Shown here in pieces: positions 42,438 to 61,143 of a DNA stretch of 64,000 nucleotides. Made by a program: the position numbers and the translations under genes. The stretch is taken from contig JBBPEB010000018.1 in NCBI GenBank assembly GCA_039096225.1, forward strand, positions 124,001 to 188,000. The letters run 5' to 3'. The stretch's first letter is position 1. Each line of letters starts with the position of its first letter. Below the pieces are notes generated by a model. It worked only from the letters and a program-made list of their open reading frames with translations. It was not told where the DNA came from and did not search any database. The DNA comes from Blastocystis sp. Blastoise (taxonomy: Eukaryota > Protista > Bigyra: Opalinata).

Positions 42438-44574
42438 ATGTTCAATATATTAAGAAGTATTTATCATGTTTAATGACTTATGGAAATATGTTGAATAGGT
42501 TTACCGAGAACTTTATGGAGAAGTACATCCATCCTTGGAAAGAATTCTATGTATTATATACCTTCGATGCAAGGAATTAATGTGAATACATTTGCTAGAA
42601 GTGTTTTCACTTATGGAAATCCATTCGGTGGTCAACAAGGTGGAAGTCGTGGTAATCCAGTGGATACTAAGTTCTATGATTTGTTGGAAGTATCCCCAAA
42701 TGCTAGTCAAGATGAAATTAAGAAAGCATTTAGAAAATTAGCTATGAAACATCATCCTGATAAGGGAGGTGATCCTCAAACAGTAAATATAAACATATAT
42801 ATATTTCACACTATAATAAAATAGATAGTTATTATTATGTATTAATTAAGATTATTTATATGTAGTTTGCTAAGATAAAAGAAGCTTATGATATATTAGG
42901 AAATGAAGAAAAAAGAAATGTTTATGATCAAATGGGAGAAGCTGCTGCCACTCAAAATGATGATGGTGTTCATATGTCAGATATTGATCTTGCTAGTATA
43001 TTTGAATCTTTCTTTGGCGGTAATCCAATGGGTGGGAATAATGGATTTAATGGTGGATTTGGTCGTGGTATGCAGAGTACAGAAGATATGGTACAAGTAT
43101 TACCTTTAGATTTAGAAGAATTATATACTGGATGTACTAAAACATTTAAAATAAGAAGAGATCGTATTTGTAAGAGTTGTCATGGGTATATATATATATA
43201 CTGTTATTCTTATGATTCGTTTTTATATATATATAAATATTATTTATTTTTATTTGTAGATACTATAGTTATTCTATCATTTTTTAAAATTATATTATAA
43301 TCATAATAAATATAAAAATCATAATAATTTAAAAACAATAATAATCATAATAAATATAATAATCATAATAAATATAAAAACAAAAATAAATATAAAAACA
43401 ATAATAATTCTCTATATATAGAACAGGTAGTCGTACAGGGAAGACAACTGCGTGTAGGACGTGTGGAGGTCGTGGCTATATTATACGTACTATACAAATG
43501 GGTGGAATGATAACTCAAAGTCAAAGTGTATGTCCTGCATGTAATGGAGGAGGTGCTACTATTCCTTCTGCTGATTTATGTAAAGAATGTCATGGCCATA
43601 AAATTAAGAAAGAAACAGAAGAATTGGAAGTAGTTATTGAACCAGGTAGACGTGATGGTGAGAAGATTATATTAGAACAAAAATCAAATGAATATCCTGG
43701 TGCTATTACAGGTGATGTTATCTTTATATTATCTGAAAATCCACATAAGCTATTTAAGAGAAGAGGTCGTGATTTATTATTAAAGAAAAAGATTAGTTTA
43801 AATGAAGCTTTAACTGGTATAGAATTCCCTCTTGAGCATATAAATGGAGAACATTTCACTATACAGTCTCATATGAATGATATTATTCAACCTTTTGGAG
43901 TAAGACTTGTCGAAGAACTTGGAATGCCTGTTTATAAACATAAGAATCATTTTGGTAATTTATTTGTTCAATTTGAAGTAGAGATGCCTAAAAAATTAAG
44001 TGAAAAACAAAAAGAAGCTATAAAATTGGTTTTAGAAGGAAAAGATCAAGATTTTGATTTCATTAATCATAATGAAATGAAATCCACTACGAAACCTTCT
44101 TCTAATGAAACTAAAGATGGTATAGAGAATAATAATAATAATAAAAAAAATAATAATGAAACTGAGAAGATATTTAAGAAAGAAGAATGTAAGGAACGAA
44201 AGTTACATTGGATATTTGGAAAGAAATGTGATAAGGAAAATAATAAAACTGATGATAATAATAAGAAAGAAGATATTAAGAAAGCTAATAATGATAAGAA
44301 AGATGAAACAAAGAAAGATGATATTAAGAAAGAAGAAACAAAAAAAGAAGAAACAAAGAAAGAAGAAACTAAAAAAGAAGAAACAAAGAAAGATGAATCT
44401 AAGAAAGAAGAAACAAAGAAAGAAGAATCTAAGAATGATACTAATAAGAATGAAACATCAAAGAAAGAAGAACCTCATTTCTATAAGAAATTACTTGATA
44501 ATTGTGATCAAGTTGTATATGGAAGTCGTGCTCTTTGGGATAGTGTATATAATCCCAAGTCAAATGGCTATTAA
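42438..44574 (+). CDS. Type-I DnaJ (DNAJA/Ydj1-like) co-chaperone with N-terminal presequence-like extension and KKEET-repeat insertion
   Basis: J-domain [11 protein letters not shown] region and four CxxCxG zinc motifs. Upstream exon 42438-42456 joins in frame via a 42-nt GT-AG intron. Confidence 0.9.
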
Positions 44575-45089
44575 AGTATTGTTTTAATTTATAATTTGTT
44601 TATTATATTATCATTTCTATTTTTTTTTTCAAATTTGGGGTATTTTTTGTTATTGTTTTATATTCAAAGAATTTTTTTTTGTTTTCATATAGATATATGT
44701 ACTATGTGAAAATTGTATATTGGCTTTCATAGTACATATTACATATATAATTATATACAACGTTAAAAACAAGACTTGAATGACGGAGAGAAATCATTGA
44801 AAAGATAGTAAAAAAAAATAAGATATAAAAACATAGTAACATGTATATTACAATAATCTACATAAAAAAACTATATAATACAAAAAAGAAAATAATAATT
44901 ATTAGTATTTATGAAAGAAAGAACGTGAGATATATACAAGATATTAAAATATACAAATACTAGAATTTTATTTGTAATTATATAAGAATGAAGAAAACAA
45001 GAAAACACAATAATGAAATAACCATAACACGGAAAAAAGGTTAAAATAATATATATATAAAGAATATAATTTTCTGATTATATATTCAT

Positions 45090-46090
45090 TTAACAACCAC
45101 AATTATCCTTCTTTTTCTCTTCTACGGTTTGTTTTTGTAATTGAACATTTAAATTAATAGGTACAGTACTTGTAGTTACTGTACCTAAAGTCTTCTTATC
45201 CTGTTGAATCTGATTCTTCTTCATAGAATCATATATAGCTATAGATAATAATTATAATAAAATAATTATATATTTAATGAATATATTTTATTTACATAAT
45301 AGAATATATTATATTTATAAATAAAATAAATATAATAAATATAATAAATATAATAAAATAGAATATATAGAATACCTTTCATGATAGTTTGAAAAGCCAT
45401 AACAATACCCGTAGCATCTAAAGCAGATGTTTCAATAAATGCCATGTTATTCTTTTCAGCATAAGCAATAGCTTCTTCTTGAGTAACATTTCTTTGATCT
45501 CTTAAATCACATTTATTACCAACAAGCATAACAACTAATTTATTTTCAGCATGACTTTTTAATTCACTAAGCCATGTTTCTACATTTTCAAAAGAAGTAT
45601 GATTTGTAATATCATATACAATTAAAGCACCTACGGCACCACGATAGTATCTACAGTCATTTATATAATATAAAATAAATGATAATAATAAACATACGCA
45701 CTAGTAATAGCTCTGAAACGTTCTTGACCAGCTACAGAAAATATATTTATAAAATTATAACAATATCAAATAATAGTTATAAATAAAAGGTTATAAAAGA
45801 AAAACAAAACAAAACAAAAACAAAGAGAACATTAATAATCATACCAGTATCCCAGATTTGAGCTTTAATGACATGTTCGTCTATTTCCATACATTTATTA
45901 GCAAATTCTACACCAACAGTGGCTTTAGACTCAATGTTAAACACATTTCTTGTGAAACGTGATAAGATACATGTCTTACCAGCACCAGAGTCTCCAATTA
46001 AGACAACTAAAGTTAATATAAATAACTTTACTAATTGAATTAGATACTCTTATATAAATAATCATATTGTTCTTCACTCAAAGCAGGCAT
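45090..46090 (-). CDS. RAB11: Rab11-family GTPase
   Basis: [64 protein letters not shown] and C-terminal CGC. Confidence 0.93.
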
Positions 46091-47815
46091 TTTTGGAAGG
46101 AATCAAAGATTTAATGAATATATACAGAACTGTTTTTTTATACTAAGGTTTTTATTAAAAAAATGATAATCGTGTTTCTTTATGTTATTCTAGTCGGAAA
46201 AAAAGAATAACCATGGTATTTTAAAGATGAAAAATAGCCAATCTTTTTTGTGGTACTTATCCTCTTCTGGCAAGTGATTTCACATTACATTTTTTCTATC
46301 TTTTTAAAGTTATTTTATATTGCTAAAACTATCATAAAACAGTCTTGATAATGTTTTTAATAATAGATTCTATAATAGAATATTTTTATTAAATAAATGA
46401 GAGGCAAAGGAATCTTAATTAATTGAATTGGTTTGTTCGTTTATATTTTTATTTTTTATTTTTATTTTTTTTGCCATTGATTAGCTGAATATATATGTTT
46501 TAAATATATTTAAGAATAAAAAAATGATACTGATTTGTAAAAAGAAAACAAGATTAATATGTTAATAGTGTTTGAAGAACTCAATGAATCTGAACAAAAC
46601 ATAATTAAAAAAAATTGAACACAACAAATGAAAGGTAAAAAGAGAAAGAAAGAAATAAGACAACAAAAACAAAACAAATACAACATATAAAAAAACAAGA
46701 ACAAATAAACACACAAATAAATATCAAGAATTGAAAAAACAAATATGATTTCTAATAGAAACGGAAAAGATAGAAAAAATACTTATCAATAATTTGTTTA
46801 ATATGATATAGAGAGATTATAAATTGTATATATATATATATATATTCATAGCAGCTTTACATTTATAATCTAATAATTATTATTAAATGAGAGAAGAAAA
46901 TATAATAACAGTTTGCTTTTATAGACTATTAAATGATATATATATATTTACATATATAATAAGATTCTATAATGAAATAAAAGAATACTGAAAAAGAAAA
47001 CAAGTCTATGGAACTATATATATACATATATACAACTAACAATTTAATATTAGAGAAGAATAAAATTGACATATGGTTTTGAATAATAAATGATAATAAA
47101 AATATAAATAAAAGAAAATAAAAGAAAACTATACAATAATTTTAAGAATATATATATATATATGTATGATGTATAAATAATAAAAAAAAATATAAAGTAA
47201 CGACAAACTAAATTGTGAAATAAAATATATATGATAATAAAACAAAATATTTATATATAAATATATAATGATTGAAATTAAAATAAAAGAATGATTAATA
47301 AATAAAATAAAAAGAATAAAAGAGTTAGGTTGAGAGAAATATACTGAATGTTATTTATGTATAAATAGTATTCAATATATAGAGATGAATTTAAAAAGTG
47401 TACTATACATATAATATATAATATATAATATATAATATAGAACAAATGAACTCTGTACCTAACGAACATACAAGAGCTTGTCATTATATGAAAAAGAAAT
47501 GAATTGAAACAGTTAATCTATACTGAGAAACAGATAGATTATAATAATAGTATTGATAAAGAATTAATATTCAAATGAATCAATATTCTATAATCATAAA
47601 GAAAAAGAATATCAATATATATATATATAGAATCATTGACATATATATATATAGAATTATTGATATATAGACATTTCATATAAAATAAGAATAAATAGTC
47701 AAATATTTGAAATAAAAATAAAATAAAAATATATACATATATAAACTGAAGGTATACAAAGAAATGATACAAATATATATATATAAATATATATATATAT
47801 AAATATATCAAAGAA

Positions 47816-49481
47816 TTAATGAATAAAGATTAATAATTGATCAATAACTTCAATACATTTTTGTTTATAGTCTTTATCGGCTTGTTGTGGAGATAGATAT
47901 GTATTAATTCTAGCAATCAACGATTCTCTTAATTTCTCTTTATATGTTAATACGGGTGTATATAGATGACAATAACTCTGCCAATTAATCTTTAAATTAG
48001 TTATAGAAGCAAAAATAGCATCTATATATTGTTGTATAGGAAAACAATGAATAAGATTATTATTTGTAGGTATAATAGACAATTGAACAGAGATATATTC
48101 TGTTGATGTATATAGAACATGATAAAATGTCATATTTGATAGATATTTCACATGAGATAGAGAATAAGGGGATATAATACAACCAACAAATGGAGCATAG
48201 GAAGGAGAGGACAAGAGGGAGGTTGAAGAAGTACCTTGAGGAGTCCCTTGAGAAATATTAACAGAAGCAGTAGGAGATGATAACGAATATTTCTCTTGTA
48301 ATTTATATTGTAATGCAATATCACCTTCAGAAGGAAGTGTGTCAAAACAGGGATGAGAGTGATATAAACCTAAAGATATATATATATATATATAGATAAA
48401 GAAATTTAATATATATTTTAAATGAATACTAATATATATATATATATATATAGTTCAAGAGAAAAGAAATAATATATTATAAGAAAAAAAAATAAATAGT
48501 AAATATATACAATAATAAAGATAAATAAAAATAATATATATTTAAAATCATACCTACAACTTCCATATGTTGTGTCATAGCATATTTATACATTTCATCT
48601 TCTTCTCTAGAATTCAAAAAGAAATGCACAGATGAATTATTACGTTCAGGTGTGCAAGAGAGAGGGTAACAACTATTAATATAAAGTATATGATTATTCT
48701 TATCCCATTGACCTAAGAAATATCCTGCTATTTCACTATAAGAACTATGTCCATGTATCTCCAGTAATGTCAATGCAAATATATCTATAACAACTTGAAA
48801 AGGTTGTTGTCTTAAAATAGGATTATAATTCTTTATATTATAATGTTGACATTCATATAATTGTAAACTTTTCATAGAATTAGCATCTTTAAGTGCTTGT
48901 ACTGCTAAAGAAGAGTCGGGTGGCATTGGCGTCACACTGAATTCATTAGTTGGAGGTATAGTAGAATAAGGTGCATTTGTAGAAGTAGATGACACAGAAA
49001 TAGTATTATTCTTATTATTCATAATATTATTATTATTCATATTATTAATAGTATTAATATTCATATTATTCATATTATTAATAGTATTAGTATTAATATT
49101 ATTGTTATTATTCATATTATTCATAGTTGATGAGGATGAAGCATTAAGAGAAGATGTTTCATCTTTATTTACAAGAGATGATTTCTGTTGTGATTTTGTT
49201 GTTTTATGCTTAGAAAAAACATTCTTCTTCTTCTTTTTACTATCTTTTGAAGAAATAACGACAGACGATGTCATTGGAGGAAGATATAACGCCTGAGATG
49301 ACGCATTATCTGTCATATAAGGGCTTAAATTTGAATAAACAGTGAGATTATTTGCTTGATTACTAACTATAGTAGAAGTAGTAGATACAGAAACATTATT
49401 ATTAACATTATTATTATTAATATTATTATTATTAATATTATTATTATTAACCAAATTATTATTATTATTATTATTAACCAA

Positions 49482-49579
<98 letters not shown>

Positions 49580-50204
49580 TTTGATATCCAGTTGTAATAA
49601 GAGGTAAAGAATCAGAAATGAAAGTTTGTTTATCAGAGTCTAAAGATACATGATTCGTACTACTTGTATTTCCCATTGTAGATGGTTTCTTTAATTGAAT
49701 ACCCATAAGTGGACTAGTACTACTAGATATATCATCACTAATAACAGTAGGTGTACCTGAATTAGTAGTAATAGGACTATTAAGATCGAGAATAGTTGGA
49801 GATATAGGTATGTCAACAGGTGTTTGTGGAAGTGATTCATCCATAGAAGAACGAGAAGGACGTAATATACAAGTGATTGAATCACGACGTGCAGGAACAA
49901 CACAAGTAGGACCAAGAGATAAATTCTCTATACTCTCTGTAGCAAGTGATTTTATAGATAAATTAGAATTACTATGAAGATTATGTTTTGTCGATTTTGA
50001 ATTCGATAGTATATTAGTAGTAGTAGTATTAGAAAGAGATAGAGATGTATTACTTTGATTATTATTATTATTATTTATATTAGAAATAGATGCTTTCAAT
50101 TTAGGATTCGTTGTATATTTAGGAGTTGATTTTGATATATAAAGACTGTTACTTGATGCACTTGAATGAATACCTGTATGACTATTATTATTATTATTAA
50201 CCAA

Positions 50205-50250
<46 letters not shown>

Positions 50251-51333
50251 GATTTATTAAATTTAAGAGGAGGAGAAGGAAGTGTTTTAAGATAATTATC
50301 TACAGAAGGAGATAAAGGATAAGGACTATTAAAACTATATAGAGGAGTAGACATAGGAGTAGGAGTAAATGTATTTTGGAAATTAATAGAAGTATTAGGA
50401 AGAAGTGGTGATTTTGTATAATTTAAAAAAGGTGATGAATGATAAAATGATAAATCATTATTAAAAATAGTATTATCATGATCTAATTTAGAATTAGAAT
50501 AAGAAATAAAAGGTGTCGATGGATTACTTAAACTAGGATTATCATAATAATCTTCTTTATGTTTATGTATAAGAGGTAATTCATCATCCGATGAAGAAGG
50601 ATCACTATCAATTCCCGCCATTATACCATCACGTTTAAGAGCTCCTTGATTTGAATTTTCTTGTTGAAAGACCATTGTATAACTAGGAACAGATGGTTGG
50701 GGAGGGATTATTGAACTTTCTTCTTTAATCTTCTCTTGTTTCACAGATAATTTTAATGGCTTTCCAACAAGTGAAGAAGAAACAGAAAGATTTGTTGAAT
50801 CCATGACAATATCTTTTTCTTGAATTTCACTTTCTTGTTTCAGCTTCTTTCGCTTACGCTCTTGTCGGTATTCAGCTCTACCTTGAGCACCAGCTAAACC
50901 ATATGCTCGTGCAGAAGCACTGTTCTTATCTAATGGTTTTCCAGAAAGAGTATATCCATCACCACTCTCACGTACTTTTGGAGGTAAAGGCTTTCCTTCT
51001 TTACAGAGTTTGATGAAATATTTTTGCGCATGTGAAGAAAAAGCTTTATGATCTCGAGTTCCAACATATTCAGCACCTTTTCTCCAATCTCTTCCAAAAA
51101 GATCAAGAGCTTCCAGAAACAGCTTATCTTCGTGAGCATTCCATTTACGAGGTGGTGCTCTCTTTGATTTCTTTGAAGAATTTGGGGATGGAGAATTATC
51201 ATTTGGTGAGATATCATCAATATAATCAAGAACTTGTCCCTGATCATCCTCAGACTCATTGTCACTTATCAGTAAACCTTCTATATTTAATAATAACGAA
51301 AAAAACAATTGTGAATATACCGTTACGTTGCAT
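47816..51333 (-). CDS. MYSM1-like protein: SHAQKYF Myb domain, Asn/Ser-rich linker, MPN/JAMM deubiquitinase domain
   Basis: WNAHEDKLFLEALDLFGRDW...SHAQKYF; EIAGYFLG; VGLYHSHPCFDTLPSEGD (JAMM). ATG 51333 followed by a short intron. Confidence 0.85.
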
Positions 51334-51624
51334 TTGAACTGGCTATGTATATAATTATGTAATGTGAGCTTGGACAAATAGGGTATAAAGTTCTATTCTT
51401 TTTTTATATATGGTATTTAAGGGTGTTCTTTATAAAAGGTGTTCTAAGACAAACCAACTGTTTTTATTTTTTAAAAAGAGCAGAAACCAGAAATTTCTTT
51501 CCTTGAGAAAATCGTTACAACTGGGCATTCTCAAAGAATAATTGAGATTGCGCTTCTTATAGGGAGTTTCTTCTTTTTCTATTTTTGTTAAAACTGTTTT
51601 ATTTGTTAATATCTTTTATAAAAT

Positions 51625-53217
<1,593 letters not shown>

Positions 53218-53798
53218 AGAAAGCAATGTATTCTATATTGCGCTATCTTGCCGTATGTATATATTATAAATCAATTTATTTTTGTAATTCTTTTCCATTG
53301 GCTTTTCAGTTAAGTTCTTTGTATTATTAACCATTTCTTATTATCAAATTATTATCATTATTTTATCATATTTATTTGATTAGTATTTTTATTTTTATTT
53401 CTTTTTGCATTTTAATATATATAAAAATATATTGTTTTGTTTTATACTTATTCTATCAGTATATTATGTTTGTATTAACATTTTTTAAAAGTATTCATGT
53501 ATATATTTGTTGATATCATATATTATATAATACATATATATAAAGTTTCTATTTATACATATTTATCACGTAAAGAAAAGGTCTGTGATCCTATAATGTC
53601 ATTTATTATATTTATAAGTTGTTTTCTAATATCACAATACAGAAATATAATTATTTTTATAATATTATAAAAGTAGATAAAAAAAGATAGAAACAAAATA
53701 TAGATATAACGAAAAATAATGAATACTTACACATATTGAAACACAGAGAATTTAAAGTATTTGAAAAACAAAAAAGATGCTAACATAATTCACTATTA

Positions 53799-55974
<2,176 letters not shown>

Positions 55975-56525
55975 TGATTTTAAAATATTATTAAATTAAA
56001 ACTATTCTTTTTAAAATCTTTATTTAATAAACTCGATAAATACAAATTGATTATTATCAAATAGTTTATCAGTTTATCAAAAAATATATTTAAAGAAATT
56101 GGCGCTGGATAGATGCTGAATGAAAGTCAGAAAATTTTAGTAAAAACATTGCTTAAATGAACTTATTTAGCGAATAAAGCTATATATAATTAAAACATGT
56201 GTTTTTATTTTGTATATAACACTTTATTAATCGAAGAATAAAAGCTAAAACTTAACAAAAGTATATTGACATTTACAAAATGATGATTTTTATTGTTCAA
56301 AATATGCATGAAACAACATAAAGTAGTTGCAAGAAAAAGGGAAGAAGCTCAGATTTATTGAAAAAAGTGATATTGAGAGTAATTGTATGACGATTTAATG
56401 AAAACAAAATGATAATAATTATCATGATTTCGTTTGATTTTGAAGAACTCGACATAAAAGTGACAAATTATTTAACTAAATAAATAAATAAAAAATAATA
56501 GAAACAATAATGATAAATAATATAT

Positions 56526-56589
56526 TTAAAATACCTTGTCATTTCGTTTTCCATTGGCAACGGGTTTTTGACTATAATAGTAAATATTA

Positions 56590-56627
<38 letters not shown>

Positions 56628-56847
56628 TTGTGAACCATGGTGTTTCCCTATACAAAAATAAATAGAGAAATTATGAATATAGAAAAATATTAAAAAATAA
56701 TTCATAATTAAAAAAAAATACTTAAAGAATTAAATTTCAGTGATACAGCGGATCGAGGATATCTTGGCATTTCTATATAGATAATAGTTAGTAGGATTAT
56801 AATTGAAAATAGGGATGAGTAAAATGGCTAATGTAATAATAATAATA

Positions 56848-56879
<32 letters not shown>

Positions 56880-57004
56880 CTAAATAAAAATAATAATAAT
56901 TAAAATATATGATTTAACAAAACACTATATATTATTATAAACAAATATCATACTCGATAAATGTTTCACATGACTTGAAGGTGATAATTTCAATAACACA
57001 AGAG

Positions 57005-57059
<55 letters not shown>

Positions 57060-59814
57060 TCCTTCTTGTTGAGAAATGTTTACTGGGAGTCCACAATTTG
57101 AGAAAGAAGACCAATTATTACAATTAAATATATCTTCAATACTAGTATTTGAATGACTCTTCTTATTAAATGGATGAATAGTAGATCTTATATCTAAATC
57201 TTCAGTAGGTGTTTTTAAAGGAGAATTTGAAGGAGATGAATCTTGTAGAGTTAAAGGTGATATCTTTAGTGATTGTATATTCTCTTTAGATGCTAAAGAG
57301 ACATTAGTATTTAAAGGAATATCAATTTCTTGAAGAGAAGATGATAGAGATGAAGTAGATATATTATTATTATCATTAGTATCTGTGAATAATTTATTGG
57401 TGAGAGTATTAAGATAAGCCACTTGACCCAGAGTATACATATAGAGAGAGAACGTTTGACGTGGATCACCATATATGACATGGAAGAAAAACTAAATGAA
57501 TAATAAACAGAAATAATCATATTATTTATAAATATTTAAAAAAAAATGTTTTTAAAATAAGAACAATAATAATATATTCTATATAAAATAGAATCAATAT
57601 AAATATAAAATCATTAAAAAAATATACATTTCTATAATCAAGAACAGACGTATAATGTAATAATTTCTTTTCATCACTTCTATTTAGTACACTTTCTTTA
57701 GCTTTCTGATTATTTTTTATAAGTGAACTTGATACAAATTGAAGTTTATTAAATGGATTTATTTGTGAATTATTCTTATTATTAGTGAATAATATTGTTT
57801 TTGTACTTTTAGTTGAATTTGACTTATTATTGTTGATAGGAGGTGGAAAAGGAATTTGAGTAGAAGAAGAAGAAATAGGTTGATCTCCATAAGAAGAAGA
57901 AATAGGTTGATCTCCAGAAGGAGATGGAGTGATACATTTATCTTTTAAGAATGAATTAGTTGATAATATGTTATTCATACTATTTGTTTTGTTACTATCA
58001 ATAATAGGAGGATGTATTGGAGAAAGAGAAGAAGCTATCGATAATTGATCCTTTATAGAAGAAGAAGATATAGGAGATATAGGAGATATAGGAGATATAG
58101 GAGATATTGAGAGAGACGAAGGGCTTGTATTTAAAGGTGATTTCTTTATAGTGTTCATATGATCAGAAATAACTGGAGACATATTGGGTTTATCTTGGTA
58201 TATATTTATATTTGTAGAAGAGTTCATATAGGAATAATATTGTTGTTTTGAATATGTGTTTCTGGTAGAGATATCTCGACTCATATTTGACGATAAAAGA
58301 GATAAAACTTCTTGTTCTTTTCTCTCTAAATTATTATCTATATCTATATCTTGAGTAGTAGAACTTGATTGTATAGGAACTATTGGAGAAGGAATAGAAT
58401 CATTTTCTGCAATCACACCATTTTTAGATTGTTGTATATATTTATCAAATCGAAGGATTGTAGTATGTTCATTGATTCCTGAAAACATAAATAATGGCTT
58501 CTTTGCAACTGAACATGTCTGAAAAAAAATAAATACTCAAATATCGTAATAAAAGAAATATAATAATATATTATGAGATCATTTTTAGTATTATAATATA
58601 AATATTGCTATTATCATACTATAAATATACTTAAACTGTAATAATATATATATATATATATATATAATGAATAAATTACAAATATATACTTCTAGAACAA
58701 TAGCTTCAAAAGGACATTGATCATTATATCCAATATAAACAGTAGAAGAACTAGATTCAATAAGATGAATAACTTGAGTAATATCCCCGTGTTTAAATTG
58801 ATGAAGATCCTCATCAAGCATATAACACTATAAAAAGAGAATCTGAATTAGTATATATACAGAAGAATATATTAAGATATTCTTAAATAGAGTTATTATT
58901 ATTCATAAAAACTTGTAAATATGAAACAATCATATATATGTATATATATATACAGCAGGTAATACAATAGAATCACAATGAGGACACTTAAAAATTGGAT
59001 TTATTTTACTTCCAATATCTAAATTTATAATAATAAAAATAATTATAAATTATTAAATAATAATAATAAACATAATAAAAATAAATATAAATTATTAAAT
59101 AATAATAAACATAATAATTAAAAAAATAAACATAATAATAAAACATAATAATAATAATAAAACATAAACATAATATTGAGCAAAATAAGTTAAATAAATA
59201 TAATATACTTTTTGATTCATTTTGAAATGGAATTAATTGTAGAGAAGGAATAATAGTATTATAATACTGACACTCCTTATGAACACATCGATAACATGAC
59301 ATACTACCATATACCTATATACATATAAATTAATAATAATTTTAAATAATATAGTATATACTTGATATATTGTATTATTTGGACATATAGAATAAGGTGT
59401 GTCATCTAACGTAGCGTTCACAAACACAGAATTTGAGTGAAGTGAGAGTATTGTATTAATAATGGTTTGAAGACCTTCACGACTTCGTTTCTTAGAACTA
59501 GAAACATTCAAATATATGTAAAGTATATATAAATACATTTCATTCATATTTGTATTGTATTTCTTATACCATACTCCATTATACCATTCAACTGGGTTTT
59601 CATTAAATTCCTGGATCGTGAACTTTAGATCATCCTTGTCAGAACCCATATATTTCATCTAGAAACATAAAATCTAAAAATATTAAAAAACATATACCAA
59701 ACTACTCTGATTACAATAGGGTTGAGTAAATGCAGCCATAGCAGACCCTAAAATAAAAACGATCTGATCCTCAGTATCTAATGAACTCGAGAATCGTTTT
59801 AATGTACTATTCAT
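56526..59814 (-). CDS. Degenerate sirtuin-fold protein with long Ser/Pro/Asn-rich C-terminal region
   Basis: Colinear sirtuin-like motifs: VFILGSAM, FTIQEFNENPVEWY, VNATLDD, QVYGSMSCYRC..C, FKCPHCDSIVLPACYMLDE, TVYIGY. Confidence 0.6.
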
Positions 59815-60136
59815 TTTGAAGAATCACTCTAATTCACAATTTTTAAATTTATAATCTATACATTTTGGAATGAATATCTCAAAGAAACATACATTTTGAT
59901 AAAATAATATGAGAGACAGGTGAAATAATGATAAAGGAAACTTTTGAATATTTTTTTTGTTTTCTAATAAAAAAAATTCAGTATTTTTCGCTCCATTTTT
60001 ATCGTTGTATGTAGAATTGTCACCGTTTTATTCTTATAAAAATAATAAATGTTTAAACTAAACAGAGTTTAAAAAGCAAGTTAACATAAGCGATTTCAAA
60101 AGGAAGAAATAAAGTTAATAATTTTCAATTACGTTT

Positions 60137-60736
60137 TTATAATTTATCATAATATTCAATAACATCTTTAGGAGCTTGAACAAGTTCGATTAAGACACCT
60201 TCACCACAAATAGGAGCCTTTTCATTACCCTATATATGAAATTATGATAATAATAACACATAAAAAAAAATATTTATTTATTCTTGAAATACCTTAGGAT
60301 GAAGGAAGGTGATATTGTAACCAGCAGCACCAGGTCTGATACCACCAGGAGCGAAACGGACACCTTGGCTTTGAAGAGATTCAACGCAAGCAGGAAGATC
60401 ATCTACCCAAAGACCAAGATGGTTAAGAGGAGGACTAGCAACATTAGGTTTCTTAGCAGGATCGAAACATTCCATGATATCGACTTCAACAGCTAAAGGA
60501 CCCTTACCACAATGAAGAATATCTTCGTTGACATTTTCCTTAGCACTCTTGAAGGTCTTAACATTAGTTAAACCAAAGATATCAACCCAAAGTTTCTGAA
60601 GAGCAGCCTTGCTGGGACCACCAATAGCAACATGTTGAACACCAAGAATACGATAAGGCTTGGCAGTAGCAAAGAAACGTCTCTATTGAAATTAAATTGA
60701 AATAATCTATGAATATACAGCAGTATTAGCAAACAT
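60137..60736 (-). CDS. VOC/glyoxalase-superfamily protein, probable methylmalonyl-CoA epimerase, with short organellar presequence
   Basis: [60 protein letters not shown]. Two GT-AG introns. Confidence 0.8.
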
Positions 60737-61069
60737 GAGAACAAACAAAGAACAAAAAAAATGTGTGTGAATTTATGAATTTTTTACTCTAAGAAAAAGA
60801 GAAGCAGAGAGAACCCTGAGATGAATAATTCATGACACCAATAGACCTCATATTATATTTGTCATGGTTTATATAGGATATGCAAATAATCATGAAAACA
60901 ATCGGCTCATGATACCAAATATTGATGATGAATTAAAATGTTACTGAAAAGGAGAAACTCGAATTATTCATGATAATCATACAGGATTTCTTGATACCTG
61001 TACTGTTTATGTAAATGTCATGAAAAAATAGAAGGTTTTTTTTCTTTTTAAAAACAGATAAAAAGAAGA

Positions 61070-61143
61070 AGCTCACAGCGGGACTTGAACCCACAATCTC
61101 CTGCTCCGTAGGCAGATGCCTTATCCAATTGGGCCATGCGAGC
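61070..61143 (-). tRNA. tRNA-Arg(ACG)
   Basis: Reverse complement folds as a cloverleaf: acceptor GCTCGCA/TGTGAGC, D-arm TGGCCCAATTGGATAAGGC, anticodon loop CTACGGA, T-loop TTCAAGT. Downstream T-run. Confidence 0.95.
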
